64,000 nucleotides of DNA from Podarcis cretensis (Eukaryota), in contig OX638149.1 of the NCBI GenBank assembly GCA_951804945.1, forward strand, positions 34,038,001 through 34,102,000, read 5' to 3'. Below the pieces are notes generated by a model. That model searched no databases. It had not been told where the DNA came from and saw only the letters and a list, made by a program, of their open reading frames with translations. A program made the position numbers and the translations under genes. Positions 34,370 to 47,600 of this stretch are shown here, piece by piece. The number at the start of each line of letters is the position of its first letter. Position 1 is the stretch's first letter.

Positions 34370-35259
34370 TACCTTTTTTCAATCCCAGGCTTGTGGGAGC
34401 AAACTCTGATTAGAGAAATGTACATGCACTCTACATGCACTCTTATTAGCTCCTTTGCTTCAAGTCCAGATCATGATACATTAACACAGAATTCAGACTT
34501 CTCTTTCTGACTTAACTACATCCCTGAAGTTGCCATGTTTCTGTGACTACCTAACTCACTTCTCTGCTGTGGATTGTGACCATTTTGTATGGCCTTCTTT
34601 CACACAGAGAGAACGGCATTGCATGGAAAACTGTGTTGTTTGTCTGGGTCAGTCCCCACTGATAAATAATTTTATAAAACTTTCCCTCAATTTTAGTACA
34701 TACTGAATATATTAGTGATGTGCTTTCCATCAACCCACTGCTTTCCCAAGACAGTGTATCTACAGGCTTTTTCCACTTGCTTTGTAAAGAAGGGCATATA
34801 AAACAGCAAAATTAGCTTTCCCTCCTTTGAAATATCTTGTGAAATCATCTGCTTAATGGCTAGTTTAGCATCGCCAGGTTTTCAGGGCAGTTGACAAATT
34901 GTGCAGTTTTAATGCATGGGAATAATGGAGCTTATGGGGCATAAACCTACTGGTTGTAAATCCTCCTTTGATCTTCTGGTGGTTTGTTAGGGTTTTAGGG
35001 GGCATTTAATTTAATCGTTTAATTTTCGTCTAAGAAAACAAAAGAAAATGAGCCAGTACTGAGGAAGAGGGAGTAATACAATTTTACCATTTTTACCAAT
35101 GATAAAAACAAAATATAGCAGCAGCCATAGCTCTGCTCTGTCCACTGCTGATTTCAAAAGAGCAACAGTTTTCATCCACTACATCAGTAGTTATATGTAA
35201 TTTCATTATATCATGAATTGTTTAAGAAAGGCAATCGCAAAGCCTTTCATGGTGCAATA

Positions 35260-35485
35260 CAGTGTTACGTCGGGTTACAGACACTTCAGGTTACAGTCTC
35301 CGCTAACCCAGAAATAGTACCTCGGGTTAAGAACTTTGCTTCAGGATGAGAACAGAAAGCTCGCTGCGGTGGCACAGCGGCACTGGGAGGCCCCAGTAGC
35401 TAAAGTGCTACCTCAGATTAAGAACAGTTTCAAGTTAAGAACGGACCTCCAGAACGAATTAAGTTCTTAACCTGAAGTACCACTG
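35260..35485. mobile_element. Tc1/mariner (Tigger-like) MITE
   Basis: Same family as 21860-22101. TA flanks at 35258-35259 and 35486-35487. Confidence 0.9.
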
Positions 35486-35707
35486 TAGTGTTGTTTCCTT
35501 GTTGTTGTTTTAATAACAAAATAGTGTGAGGACATGATTTCAGCTTTGATGCTAGTATTTATTAGAATTCATATCCACCCATTAAAATCCATTAAAAATT
35601 ACATTCAAGAGAGTAGGGTGGGTTAGGGTTAATGTTTAGAGTATTTTCTCTGTAACGTTTAGAGTGTTGCTTCTGCATGAAATGAAATAGGATAGCCTTG
35701 CACAGAC

Positions 35708-35727
35708 TGTGTGTGTGTGTGTGTGTG
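35708..35727. repeat. (TG)n microsatellite
   Basis: Direct read. Confidence 0.9.
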
Positions 35728-37518
35728 TTCCTTTCCCTTTAGGAGTTTCATGGAAAGCAGGCTCTCACCAACTGCAATTTTCCTCATCTCAGTACCTCAG
35801 TGACACAACTGATTTCCCCTTTCTTTTAGATTTTAACAGAAGAGAACCTAGAAGCACCATCTGGTATTCTAAGAGGCCACGTGTACTTCTGTAAGCTTTA
35901 TTTACAGATGTACAGCAAAATGCTATCTTCTTTTAAAAATGTATTGTACTTTGCTTTCTAGAAGGCAAACTCACCCTGTAGTGGTAAACATGCTGGCATC
36001 AGGTCTCTCTGCTGGTGCTATGTGGAAAAGATAACAGCACGGGAGGCTTTAAATCCTCATATTGTTGTGGCTTCTTAGTTTTGTCAGGTGCTGTGACTTG
36101 GTCCTAACACTGAGCTTAGGAGACAAAACAGTTGGAAACCTGGTGAATGGCACCAAGGGTCAGTGAAATTTACTATGGGCAGCTGCTGCTTCAAAGCAAC
36201 TCTCTGTGCAGAAGCCTATTAAGAAGTAGTAGGTTACTTTCCTGCAGTTTCCCTTAGCATGATGGATGATGTTCTGAAAAGCGAAAGGACTTCCTGTGCC
36301 ATGGAGGTTGCGTGTGTGTGTTAGATGGTGAGGGCAAGACATTCTTTATTTAGTTAAGTTACCAAATAATTCATGCTACTAGGCTGTTCAGTACTGCCAT
36401 TTTTGTTCAGAACAATTTGTGTACAATAACATTGCCTCTAGCTCCTGAACAGTATTTTCATATTTGTAATCTGTAATAGGGTTCTTTGAATTAGTAATAG
36501 AATAAAGTCAGTGTATAACACATCAGTATCAAGAGTCGTCAGATATTTGGCTCCTGCTATAGTTATACTCAGTGGTATGTTTCTAGCAAAAGTGGTGCTG
36601 GGACACACCACGAATGCTTTTCTCGTTCTCTTAGAATGGCAATGGCGCCCACGTGAGAGGTGTTGGAACTGAGTTCTGGTGAGTTTTAGCTGAAAAAAGT
36701 CCTGTTTATACTGCACATTGGAGTCTTATTCTAGAACTGAGATTCCCAAATTGTGAGTCTGGATTTTTTTTTGTTTATTGTTTTCACAGTGAAAATTTTT
36801 TTTGGGGGGTCCCACATGCCCCTCTTCACATTTCATGTTGGATTTGCATATGGGAGATCTGGGTTCAAAACCCAGTTCTACCTTGAAACACACTGGATTA
36901 TCCGCTTGACAGGATTGCTGAGCAAATAAAATTAACCATAAATCTAGAGGAGATAGCGTACCCTCTAATATTTCAAAGATTTAGACTGCAGTCCTAGATA
37001 TACCTGGCTGGGAATAAGTTCCATCGGATGTAGTGCTAACAAAGTAGTTCTGTTAGTGCAAGGATTTCTGCTTGCGCAGTGGAACACCCCCCCCCCCTCC
37101 CTGCACACCCCTAACTTTGTTTTAGGGTTCCCCAAGCCTTCTAGCAAGGCACAGGGCACATGCAGGTAGTTGAGAAGGGGAAGGTTCTGTTGTGGTAATC
37201 CCTGTGCTGACAGGGCAGGTTAGAAGAATACAGCCCAATGATTCATAGAAGCAGACATACATAGGATTGTGCTCTTTGGCTACAGTCTTATATATACCAT
37301 AAAGCTAATACTGCACACAATCTGGGGAAGCCCCACTGAACTTCTGCTTAGATAAGACACGTATTGTGTTGCCATCTTCTAAAGATGCTCTTCACATTTC
37401 CTGACTCTAATAGAGCTGGCTCTGGAGACAGTAGCTGCAACTCTGAAAGCTTGACTTGAGCAGAGAGGCATACTAGAGTTCTCTTGTTTAATCTGTGCAA
37501 GGAGAGTCTCCTCACAGG

Positions 37519-37562
<44 letters not shown>

Positions 37563-37625
37563 ATTTTAAAAATTTATCTCCCACCCTCCCCAGCCGAAGC
37601 TGCGCTCAGAGCGGCTAACAACAGT
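37519..37625 (-). mobile_element. L2-type tail with (AAAT)n microsatellite
   Basis: (AAAT)n at 37519-37562, then tttatctcccaccctccccagccgaagctgcgctcagagcggctaaca, which parallels 33896-33945. Confidence 0.7.
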
Positions 37626-37632
37626 TAGATCT

Positions 37633-38167
37633 TATGGGGGAACTAAGCCTACCGGGGGAGGCAGGGGGCTGAGGTCCCACCTGTTATATACTGAAGTTCT
37701 CACCCTGGGCCAGCAGGGGAATACTGTAGATAGTTTTCACTCAGTTCCACATATGCAAATAAGGAATTGAAAGTGACGTTCAGTGATTGGATAGTTACAG
37801 AAAGTTGTTACTGTTGCGTTGTAGTGGAGCTCTATATAAGTAGGCTGGCTGAACCCTTCAGTTCAGTTCTGTTCTGGCCTGTGAATAAACAAGAGCTGTC
37901 TGAAGAATCGCTGAGTCGTCTGATATGTTCACCCACAATCTAATACCACCCAAATTTTCAAGGAGGGGGATTGGCCCCCTCAATACTCTGTAGCCACAAC
38001 GGGCCCCGTTGGGCATACCCACGGCCACAGCAGGCCTCATCTGGCCTTCCCGAGGCTGCAACGGGCCCTGTGGGGCCTCCTCCCACCTTGTGATGTCACA
38101 TGTGCGGTGCACGTGTGACATCACAATTCTGTGTGTGTCCCCCGAGTTGAGCGGAACCCAGCTTATG
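37633..38167. mobile_element. GC-rich MITE-like element interrupted by a solo LTR
   Basis: GC-rich sequence is continuous across the LTR TSD. Internal palindrome at 38088-38126. The termini are decayed. Confidence 0.45.
37682..37945 (+). mobile_element. Solo LTR, 264 bp (Gypsy-like)
   Basis: TGTTA...TAATA (terminal CA mutated). 5-bp TSD CCACC at 37677-37681 and 37946-37950. Ordered ATGCAAAT, TGACGT, ATTGG, TATATAA (37833) and AATAAA (37884). Confidence 0.85.
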
Positions 38168-39939
38168 TGTGCCAAGGCCAATTCTTTTCCCCGTTTTAGA
38201 CCTGTTCATTGCTCTTTGCTGCTACAGTAGGCAGCAGGGAGCACATATCCTGTCTTGCAGCACAAAGCCAATATCTGTGGCCCCTGCTAGCCTTGGGGAG
38301 GCCCTGGCCCAGAAACAGGATTTTGCCTCAAGGATTCTCCCAAGCCACAGAGGTCCATAGTTTCTCTCTCCTACCTTCTGTTCAGCATGCCCTTGTGCAT
38401 ACCACCCACTTCGTTAATAGGGAAATTGGTCAAAGCATATCCAGATGGTTCAAAAAGGTTATCGGTCACTGCACCAATGCTTCGTTTCTCAGAAAACATA
38501 TTCCACTCCTCTCATGGTGCTTCTGCAGTTGTGGAGATTATTCCCCACCCCACCGATTTTCATTTTATCTCCCAACATAAACAGATTATAAAGATCACAC
38601 GTAACGTATATTCAGTGCCCAGAAAAAGTACAGAGGCCGCCTGTTGTTTCTCTCCCTACCAGCCTCATGCACATAGGTAAAATCCTTTTGAGGAACCATA
38701 TCAAGTGCTAAGTAACTGGACACCACCATGCATCAAAGTTTTACAGCTCCAGCTGTACAGCATGTACATGAAGGGAAAGAAGTATGCAACAAGTCTCCTG
38801 TCTCCCTTCATCCTCTTGCAGAGTTCCCTACCACATATGCACATTGTGCGTTCTTCCGCCCACATTAGGCAGGGTAATATCCGGCCCCGAGTGAAGAAAT
38901 ACTGACAATAAAACTGCAGCACAAATGTTCCAAGAATAGTGTCCAAATAACCAGTTTTAGTACATCTATTCGTATCAGTTTAGGAAAGCAGCATAGGAAC
39001 TCTGTTTACAGGTTTTTCTTGTCCTAAAACTGCTTGCAGGTGCTTCCTTCTTGTACAACACATAGATGCCAGAGAATAGTTTTCTGGGATCTTTTTGAGG
39101 CAATTTACTTATGGAAATCAGTCAGTGGTTAGCATATACTGTAGATTATATTCTACCTCATCTACTGTTATTATATTTCCCCCCAAAAGTCTGCATTTAA
39201 AACTGAATTTTCCCTCTGTAGGTCTGTTAGCAACTGATCAAGCCTTAATATCTGTTATTATGCACTGACTTACAGTTCCTAGGTAGAATATCTAAATCCT
39301 GTTTAGGCCAGTTCTCCTCTGAAGTAAAGTTTCTCATGTTTTATGTTTTTAGAAATGCTGCAAGCCGCCCGGAGTGGCTGGGGAAAGTTATTTGCTATTC
39401 AAATTATTAATGAATTAAAATATTGATTTATATTAAAACGTGAATTGGATATGAGTTTTGCTGACTAGATGGGCAACACAACCTAAATTGTGTTGAGATC
39501 AACACAGATTGATACAAGACAATGTGCATGATATTGCCACATTTTCCAGAGAATGAACCTATACTTGTTTGAATATGCTATTCCACTGACTAAAAAGAAA
39601 ATCTAGTTTGATGGCAGCTTAAATTCAGGCATTTTAAAAACAGATCAGTTTGCAGCTCTATTGACTAGGATTCAGTATGCACCAAACTGCAAATATGTTC
39701 TATGAAACTACTTAGACTTGGATTTGGTCAATATCTGTGGAGGAATCCCCATCTATTTATTGAATTTCTATACCACCTTTCACCCAAGGATCGCAGGGCA
39801 GTTTACAATATAAAAACTATGCTGCTCTTCTGATGCAACATTAAAAAAAAATACAGATAAATTGAAAATGATTCAATAAAGAGCAGCAAAGAAGAAAAGG
39901 GATAAAATAAGATTGTTGAATAGGGAAATGTTAAATAAA

Positions 39940-40230
39940 ATGGGCATGTTTGCCTTTAGCAATATGATTTGGTCTTGACAGTCTTCAAATATCTAAAAAC
40001 CATCTAGAAAAAAATTTTCCCAACCGCTGGCAACAGATTATGGGACAAATTACGACAGTTTTCAAATGGAGTTAGCATCAGCAGTTGAAAAACCCATTGG
40101 CTGATAGAGCAAATTGGAAAGTGTAGAGCCCTTTTCTTTGGGATTTTTAAAAATAATAGTCTGGACAAACAGTTAGGAAAGATGATTACAGTCGAGTGGC
40201 CCCTACCTCAGTAAAGGGGTGAACCAGGAC
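39940..40230 (+). mobile_element. Ancient CR1 3' fragment
   Basis: ggcatgttt, acagtcttcaaatatctaaa and ccttttctttgggatttttaaaa...ctggacaaac follow CR1 ORF2-end order. Confidence 0.5.
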
Positions 40231-41129
40231 TCTGTGCAATAAACATTCTTATTACCCCCACCCCCAAATCTCTTGAATGGCCATTACAACTTCAGACCAA
40301 AAAATTCTAAATGTAGCCAGCATATATGAATTTCAGCAACAGATTCCTTGGATCTTGTACAGGGGGGTGGCGGGAGAGTTTTATTCTCCTTATGGTAGTT
40401 AGTCATTCCAGTCCTGTTTATTTATGTCTTTGCTGGCTTTTTTCCCTCCCCTTGACCCTAGGTCCAGAAGCAACTTCAGGGTCCTGCCAGTGAAGCCGTA
40501 TGTTATTCCTGGCTGGGTGAGCTGGGGAAAGTGTCAAAGAGAATACTTCTCTTGTACCCTGCATGTGTCAGAGAGAGGCAAGGAGAGGTAGTGAACATCT
40601 GCCCATTTTTGGCTTTGCTCTATTGAAAACAATAGAGGGGGAAGGAGGGAGAAAACCCTTGTTTTGCTGCCAAGACCAGGATCTGATGAATATGTAGCAT
40701 CTAAAAAAGCTACCGGGGATTCCAAATTTTACTTTAAGAACTTGAGCTTTTTTTGTACCAATGTTAGAAGCCAAACAGGACATGTGTGACTCTCTGTAAA
40801 TCATTTATCTTAGCAGCAAGTAAAACCCGCTTCATTCCTAATGCCCTGCTTTTAGAGTAGATAAGTGTTTGATTTGGTATTCCATTCTCCTCATTGGCTG
40901 TGAGCATCATGAGACAGATGACTGAGATGCTGTCACATAACCAGTTTTGTTCATTTTTTTAAGCAGGTGCTGGCACTGCTAACAGGAAGGGTCAGATGGG
41001 GACAGCTGAGAAGTTACACTAAAAAAAGAAGGTTCCTGATGTGGAAAATGTTGAGGACAGTTTAGCTGCTGTGAGACTCTGCATCAGCTCCATTTGCGAG
41101 ATTTCCAGGCTAGCTCTCAGGTTTTCTCT

Positions 41130-41213
41130 AGTGATTAGAGTGTTGGATTTAGACCAGGGAGACATTCTGGATTCAAGTCCCTGCACAGTTGCAAACTTCA
41201 CTGGGTGACCTTG
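41130..41213 (+). mobile_element. Old tRNA/CORE-type SINE head
   Basis: agtgattagagtg...ggattcaagtccc...ctgggtgaccttg. Confidence 0.5.
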
Positions 41214-41616
41214 CACCCCTTCAGTTGGCACTCCTTCAGTTCTCCATGTGCACCCCACAAATTGACTTTAGGGGTCCCACCAACTCTCTGGAGCAGATTT
41301 GACTACAGTGCAGAGATGTTTGCCTTTTTATAAAGCTATTGTCTCATTTAGAAGTAAAGACTTGTAAAGATAACAATTCCTTCAGATTTTGTTTTTTTCT
41401 TACTGCTCAAACGAAAACAAGTTGAACTTCTTAAAGCCAGACAGATCCACCTCAGTGTAGGAAAGCTAGCCAAATCTCATTTCCAAAACATATGGTTTGC
41501 CTGCTTCTCTTTGTTCAGTAAAATTCCATATCTGCAGTGTTTCCTACTTCTTGCCAAAGGATATCTAGGCTTGACTTCAAACACCCATGGGTAGAAGTCA
41601 ATGAAAGACTTGACCT

Positions 41617-41618
<2 letters not shown>

Positions 41619-41656
<38 letters not shown>
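41619..41656. repeat. (ATT)n microsatellite
   Basis: Direct read. Confidence 0.95.
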
Positions 41657-42469
41657 GGTTAGTAGCTAAGCTGACTTTGAAACTTCTAAAAGCATATAGA
41701 ATAACTTGATGTGCAAATGAAATCTTCCAAAATCAGAACTGGCAGCTATAATTTTCATGGGCATCTGTCAAATAAACCTGAGTTCCCAACCCAAAAAATA
41801 ATTTGTTCAGGTTTATTTTGCTTATGAGTACTTCTAAGGTGGCCATGAGTCCTGTATTTGAAAGGTTATCCATTGCAGATTTAAAGTTAAAGAACCTTTT
41901 GAAGGGAGAATTGTTGCCCATTGACAGTTGACATCTAGACAGCAGCATATGGGTCAACAGGCCACAGCCTTTCCTATTATGGTGAGATGTGTTTCTATTT
42001 GAATTAATAGTATTGTTATTTTTATAAATTTGCATCCAAATTCTTATCTGCATTTTTATTTTTGCAAATCTGTGTCACCATTTGTCTTCTTTTGATGTTC
42101 TACTTCCTCTTTTTATGATACCACCCTAATAAATTTTCATTCGACTTCTGAACCTATATATTTAATGGTCAATTAATATCAGCTACTAGACTATTTCTTG
42201 ATTATTAAATTATTGGATAAGTGGTTTACATAAAAACAATGACATACAATAAAATTTCCTTAATAAATAGATAAAACAAACACAACTGTACAAATAAAAC
42301 TGAGTGGTGTACAAATAAAAAAATTAAAAATTAAGAGTCAAAGTCAATGAGAGCATGGTAAACATAGAAGTCTCTGCCTCACAAATAAGCTATAATAAAG
42401 TTTTTCTGGTGATAATTGGAAGTGTGTAACAATCAAGTTCCATTATTAGCACCTCAGAAGCCAACCAAT

Positions 42470-42493
42470 ACACACACACACACACACACACAC
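42470..42493. repeat. (CA)n microsatellite
   Basis: Direct read. Confidence 0.9.
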
Positions 42494-43524
42494 CAGTTCT
42501 ATGTGCTGTCATCTTTTGAAATTGCTCAAGGGCAATTAAGCTTAACAATTCTCATAACTATGTCAAGGGAACCCCTGGATTTGTCTAGCAGGCATGTGCT
42601 AGGACATTCTATGAATAAATATTACACACACATATATACACACAGAGAGAGTTACTAGGAAATCAAAATGCGGTCATGAGCCTGAATCTCTTAGCAGCCA
42701 TAGAAAGGTTGGTTCTCTTCCAAATTCTGTGAATCAAACTGCAGGGGTCCGTTTTGTGAAGAGAGCCCTTCAGGATTCACACAGCTGTAGAGGGAAAGCA
42801 AGTATCTAATCCAGCTGAAACAATTCCAAACTCCAACAAAGCCAGTCAAGCCACAAAACTGTTGTTTTCTGTTTTTAATATTCATGAGTTGTATTGATTA
42901 CATGAAAAACGGTTTCCTTCTTCTGCCTCTGCTTAACTCATGGGGTAACTATTAATAGGGATCCTGTCTTTGTTTGCATCTAGTAAGTATACCCAGGAGT
43001 AACAAGATGAAACACAATAGCCTACCTTTGACCTTATTTCCTTAAAAAAACCCAAAAGAAGAATAATGAAAATATGCTTATTATTATACATAGGAGGCTG
43101 TAATGGTATGGGGAAATTAGGCGTATTCCGTGTGGTTGTCTGGATCCAGTGCCTAAAAACCAAACCAATAGTTACTGACTGCAACATCCAAACTGTTGGG
43201 GATCTGATATCCATTTTCTAGGCTCTGGTAACATCCAAGGTAGATTACTGGAATGAGTGCTACATGGGAGTGCCCAGGAAGACCAGAATACATCAGACCA
43301 TCCCCCGACCTAAACTAGTTCGTTCAAGAAAATCCCCAAACTCAGTTCCATGGGTGACTCTGGGTCATCTCTCTGCGGTAGCTTATCTTAAAGTTTTAAG
43401 TGTCTATATGCTTATCACATTTATACATTTTAAATTTATTGTTGTACATTGTTTTTAATGTTTGTTTTCCTTCTGGGATTGTACCCCCAAGTGTGTTTTA
43501 TAAGCTGGTCTCTGACCGTAATAA

Positions 43525-43526
<2 letters not shown>

Positions 43527-43582
<56 letters not shown>

Positions 43583-43595
43583 ATCTATCTATCTA
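43527..43595. repeat. (TATC)n / GATA microsatellite
   Basis: About 16 units with one interruption. Confidence 0.95.
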
Positions 43596-43809
43596 CCATC
43601 AATGAGACTGCTAACTGGGAGAAGCCAGGGACAGGATCTGTATCAGAGGAATAAGATCTCAGTTTGCACATAGATACTCTTGCTTCAGTGTGATGGAAGG
43701 TGCTGGGAGTTAACACTGGTCTGTTACCCTAGCATTTGCTCTGTGCTTCATTTGCCATATAAAGCGTTCCTCTTTCCAAAGTCATTAGCACAGAGGTATT
43801 CCCATTTAC

Positions 43810-44043
43810 TGATGTAGTGGTTAAGAGCGGTAGTCTCGTAATCTGGTGAACCGGGTTCGATTCCCCGCTCCTCCACATGCAGCTGCTGGGTGACCTTGGG
43901 CTAGTCACACTTATCTGAAGTCTCTCAGCCTCACTCACCTCACAGAGTGTTTGTTGTGGGGGAGGAAGGGAAAGGAGAATGTTAGCCGCTTTGAGACTCC
44001 TTCGGGTAGTGATAAAGCGGGATATCAAATCCAAACTCAAACT
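43810..44043 (+). mobile_element. tRNA-derived SINE with CORE-like body and L2-type tail (Squam2-like)
   Basis: GTAGTGGTTAAGAGC, B box GGTTCGATTCC, ctgggtgaccttgggctagtcac, and tail gccgctttgag...aaagcgggatat. Confidence 0.85.
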
Positions 44044-45342
44044 GCTGCTGCTGTGGTGCAGGGAGCAGAGTCTATTAGCAGTGTTGGAGCAACAAAATCA
44101 AGGGTCCTCGGTCCTCAGGTCCTGGCATGAAGAGCTTTGAACTCAATTGTAGGATTGAGCTTCTGGTGCTTTTTGCGCACTCTCCCTCTTAATTGCACGG
44201 CAGGGTTTTTGGTTCACCTATGCGAGTAACGTTTTAGTTTGGTTTCTATGTTCACATAGTCTTACAGTGCATGTACTATGAATCTCTGCTAGCCATTGAG
44301 CAGGGCTGGAAAAGATTTACATGTGTCTGAACTAGCAGAGAGAAGTGCATAAATTCACATAGTAATTCTCATAGTTCTCATGCTCGGTATGAGCTTAATT
44401 CAGTTCTGTGACATTTGGAAAAGTTTGTCTAGTATTAATACTTGGGTTGTTGTTTTTTAAGTAGGGGGTTATTCTGACAGATACTGTTGAAATAAAAACT
44501 TGAAAGAATGCACCTCAGATTTTACAGGTGCACGAACATTCATTTGTAATGACTAATAGATCTTTTTCTTAAAGGCTGACCTAATGTTGAAAGGAATGTT
44601 TTGTTTACATATGGTGCTTTCGTTTATTGACAAGTACCAAAATGTATGACCAAATCGGGATTTTGTACAGCATTTTTTATTTTTTCTGGAATCGTTTTCT
44701 TTATCTCCCCGACCACCAGCAGGTTGATACAGATTACTGTATTTCCAAAGGAAATAATATTCCTTAAAAGGCAGAATAATGCAGAATAAAGTTGATTTTT
44801 AAACAAAAACCAATATAACTCATGTATTGCAGTAAGACATATCTAATATAATATGCTATGATATTGTGATTAATTTCTGAAAAATAATGAACGAGCACTT
44901 ACTGTCATCATTAATGTCACATGTCTCCTGGGTAGGCTTTATTGACATAGTGTCAAAAAATGCTGAATGCCAGATGGAGTGGCAAGCAATAGGGAGAGGG
45001 ATGTCAGCTGGAGTGCACAGCTGGACTGATGTCATCACTCAGCACCAAATGCACAGCTGGTTGTAAATTGGGCATGAAGGGTTCAGAGGGAGAAGGAAAG
45101 ACTAGGCAGATCAGCAGTAGCAATGGCCGCATCAGATCTTTGTGTTGTGCCAAGGATGTTCAATGTGTTTCTTTTTTGCCACTGGACAAACCTGAAAGCA
45201 ATGCAAACAAGGAGATTGCTTTCTATTATCCTCCTTAGAAGTAAATGTTCAAAATAGCCCCACACAGTAAACGTACTGTTCAAAATTATATTTTGTGAGG
45301 TCTTTAGCTTCATTGGTTCCAGGCTTGATTGTGCCTTGTACA

Positions 45343-45555
45343 AGACTCGTAATCTGGTGAACCGGGTTCGTGTCCCCGCTCCTCCACATGTAGCTGCTGG
45401 GTGACCTTGGGCTAGTCACACTTCTCTGAAGTCTCTCAGCCTCACTCACCTCACAGAGTGTTTGCTGTGGGGAAGGAAGGGAAAGGAGAATACTAGCCGC
45501 TTTGAGACTCCTTAGGGTAGTGATAAAGCAGGATATCAAATCCAAATCCAAACTC
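45343..45555 (+). mobile_element. Second, 5'-truncated copy of the same SINE
   Basis: Highly similar to 43832-44043. Confidence 0.85.
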
Positions 45556-46689
45556 TTTATCCATGAACCTTCTTAGTTTGGCCCATGGTTGCTGCTTGCC
45601 CCACTTCTTTTGCCTCTTCTTTCCTATCATCTGTCTTAAATTTCTTCCAAATTCTGTCTGTCTGCTTGCTCCTTACCAGACCGTCCTGGTCGTCCTAGAC
45701 CAGATCTTGCCAAATTTACCGGAGTGAATCAACAGACATTATTCACACACAGGCTAAGTGACACTTAGCAAACCAACAAGGTGCAATAAACAGGTCCCCC
45801 TTCAAAATGAACGAGACAATTATTTGTCCGGAAGAGCTGATGATAAATATGCATATCATTATAATTTATCTTCATTATCATGATCAAAATACTTTGATTT
45901 GGACCCTTGTATTGCATGCTTAAATTAAAACAAAGTTCAGTCATCTGTGCTTAAATGCGAATGGATCCATCAGTGTGCAAGGTAATATATCTTCTACAAG
46001 TCACCTTAAGTTTATGTAGCAAATTGAAGGGGGGGTGATATACATCTAGGTGCTTGACTCTTTTATGGCACATACATTAAAAACATCATCAGGTGTGTTG
46101 GGGGAGGTGTTCTGGAAAACTCTATGTCATCATGCATTTTAGAGCAGACATGGTAAATCTATTCATCATGAAACGAAGACCACCACTGTGTTTGCAGAGC
46201 AGAAAGCCAGGCTTTCTTTTCTGGATAATAAATGATCACAGTGCTGGAAGTGAGTCAGACTGGCCAGAAGACAAACTATCTTTCATTCCAGTCTTCTGGA
46301 TTCACCTGTACATATTCAGGTGCTCAGCAGAAATGGGTTTTGTCTTCAAGGCTGAAAGACCCTTTAGTTTAATTTAGGGGCATTTCACTGGACTTCCCCA
46401 AGAAAGTAAAATAAATTTTCTAGTGGTTGCAAGTTGTAAAAAGCTGTTAAAATACACAGGTTCTGCCTCATTTCCAGTGAAATGCTGCGACTTAAGAACA
46501 CTCGTTTATTGTTACACACTACGCTCCCAGACTGTCCAGGTAGATGAAATTGGATACCCTTTCGTATTTCTTTAAGCATTTCATTATCATTTACGGGTTG
46601 TTTTGCAGGACAGGGAGGGGGAACCCAAAACCAAAGCCCTGGGAGAGAAGTACAATCTAACTTTCAGCAATGTGCAGCTGAATGCATTA

Positions 46690-46747
46690 AGAGAAAGAAA
46701 GAAAGAGAGAGAGAGAGAGAAAGAAAGAAAGAAAGAAAGAAAGAAAG
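46690..46747. repeat. Compound (GAAA)n/(GA)n microsatellite
   Basis: Direct read. Confidence 0.92.
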
Positions 46748-47344
46748 GACTCCATTTGACCTTTGACTCAGGAGAGCCCTTCTGGTTTTCTGTTGCTACG
46801 GAAACAAGTTTCCTTAATGGCAGCCCCATCAGAGGTGAGATGAGTAAAATAAGCTGTTATATAATGAAACATGAAGAGACATATATGAAGTATTAAAAGC
46901 TTGACTGGGCAAGTCAGCCTGTGTCAACAGTGCATTAAAAACATCTATCATAGTCCGACTTCAGCTCTTATGCCCAGACTGTGATACCCCGACTGCACAT
47001 TAGGTATGTAGTAAGAAGAGAAAAGTCTAGCCCTCCATCACTAACCTGTTACAGTAGTTTGAATTATGGTTGTGCATGTAGAAGAGCTGTCTGTGGGATA
47101 GAGTGGGCAGACTTGACTATGACTAGATCCATTCTTTTCATTGTTACAGAATATTTTAGGAACAGGAAGACCTTCTTTTGACTATCATTCATTTTCTTTC
47201 ACTAAATATGTAAATAAGGCTGTAAAGATGGTGACCACCTTGGCTATTTTTTACATAAGTTTTTTTTTTTAAAAAAATGCAACAACCCCATGATTCATGT
47301 AGAAGGCTCAGGGCATAATTGAAAACTTTATCACACAGTGGATT

Positions 47345-47600
47345 AGACACTGGGTTCAGTCAAAGTGTTGATACTGGTATGCAAGATCTCATGCAACCTG
47401 GAGGCCACATTCTTGAAGGAGAACCTCCCACAATACATTCTTAAGATCTGGAAGGCAGACCCTGCTTGTGGTGCAAAGCTCGTGAGGTGCTGGTACAAGG
47501 CAGGGACTTCTCAGTGGCAGCCCCCCAACTATGGAACTCCCTCTTGATTGATACTTGGTTGTCTCCCACATTGCATCAACTTAGAACATATTTATTTCAC
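47345..47600 (+). mobile_element. Degenerate L2 ORF2 fragment
   Basis: KVLILVCKISCNLEATFLKENLPQY, then ggacttctcagtggcagccccccaactatggaactccct (FSVAAP.LWNSL). Confidence 0.7.

Noticed and set aside
40940-41120. Acceptor-like TTTTTTTAAGCAG followed by peptide-like sequence
   Set aside because: The frames I checked from the acceptor stop early, and I recognise no donor or homology.
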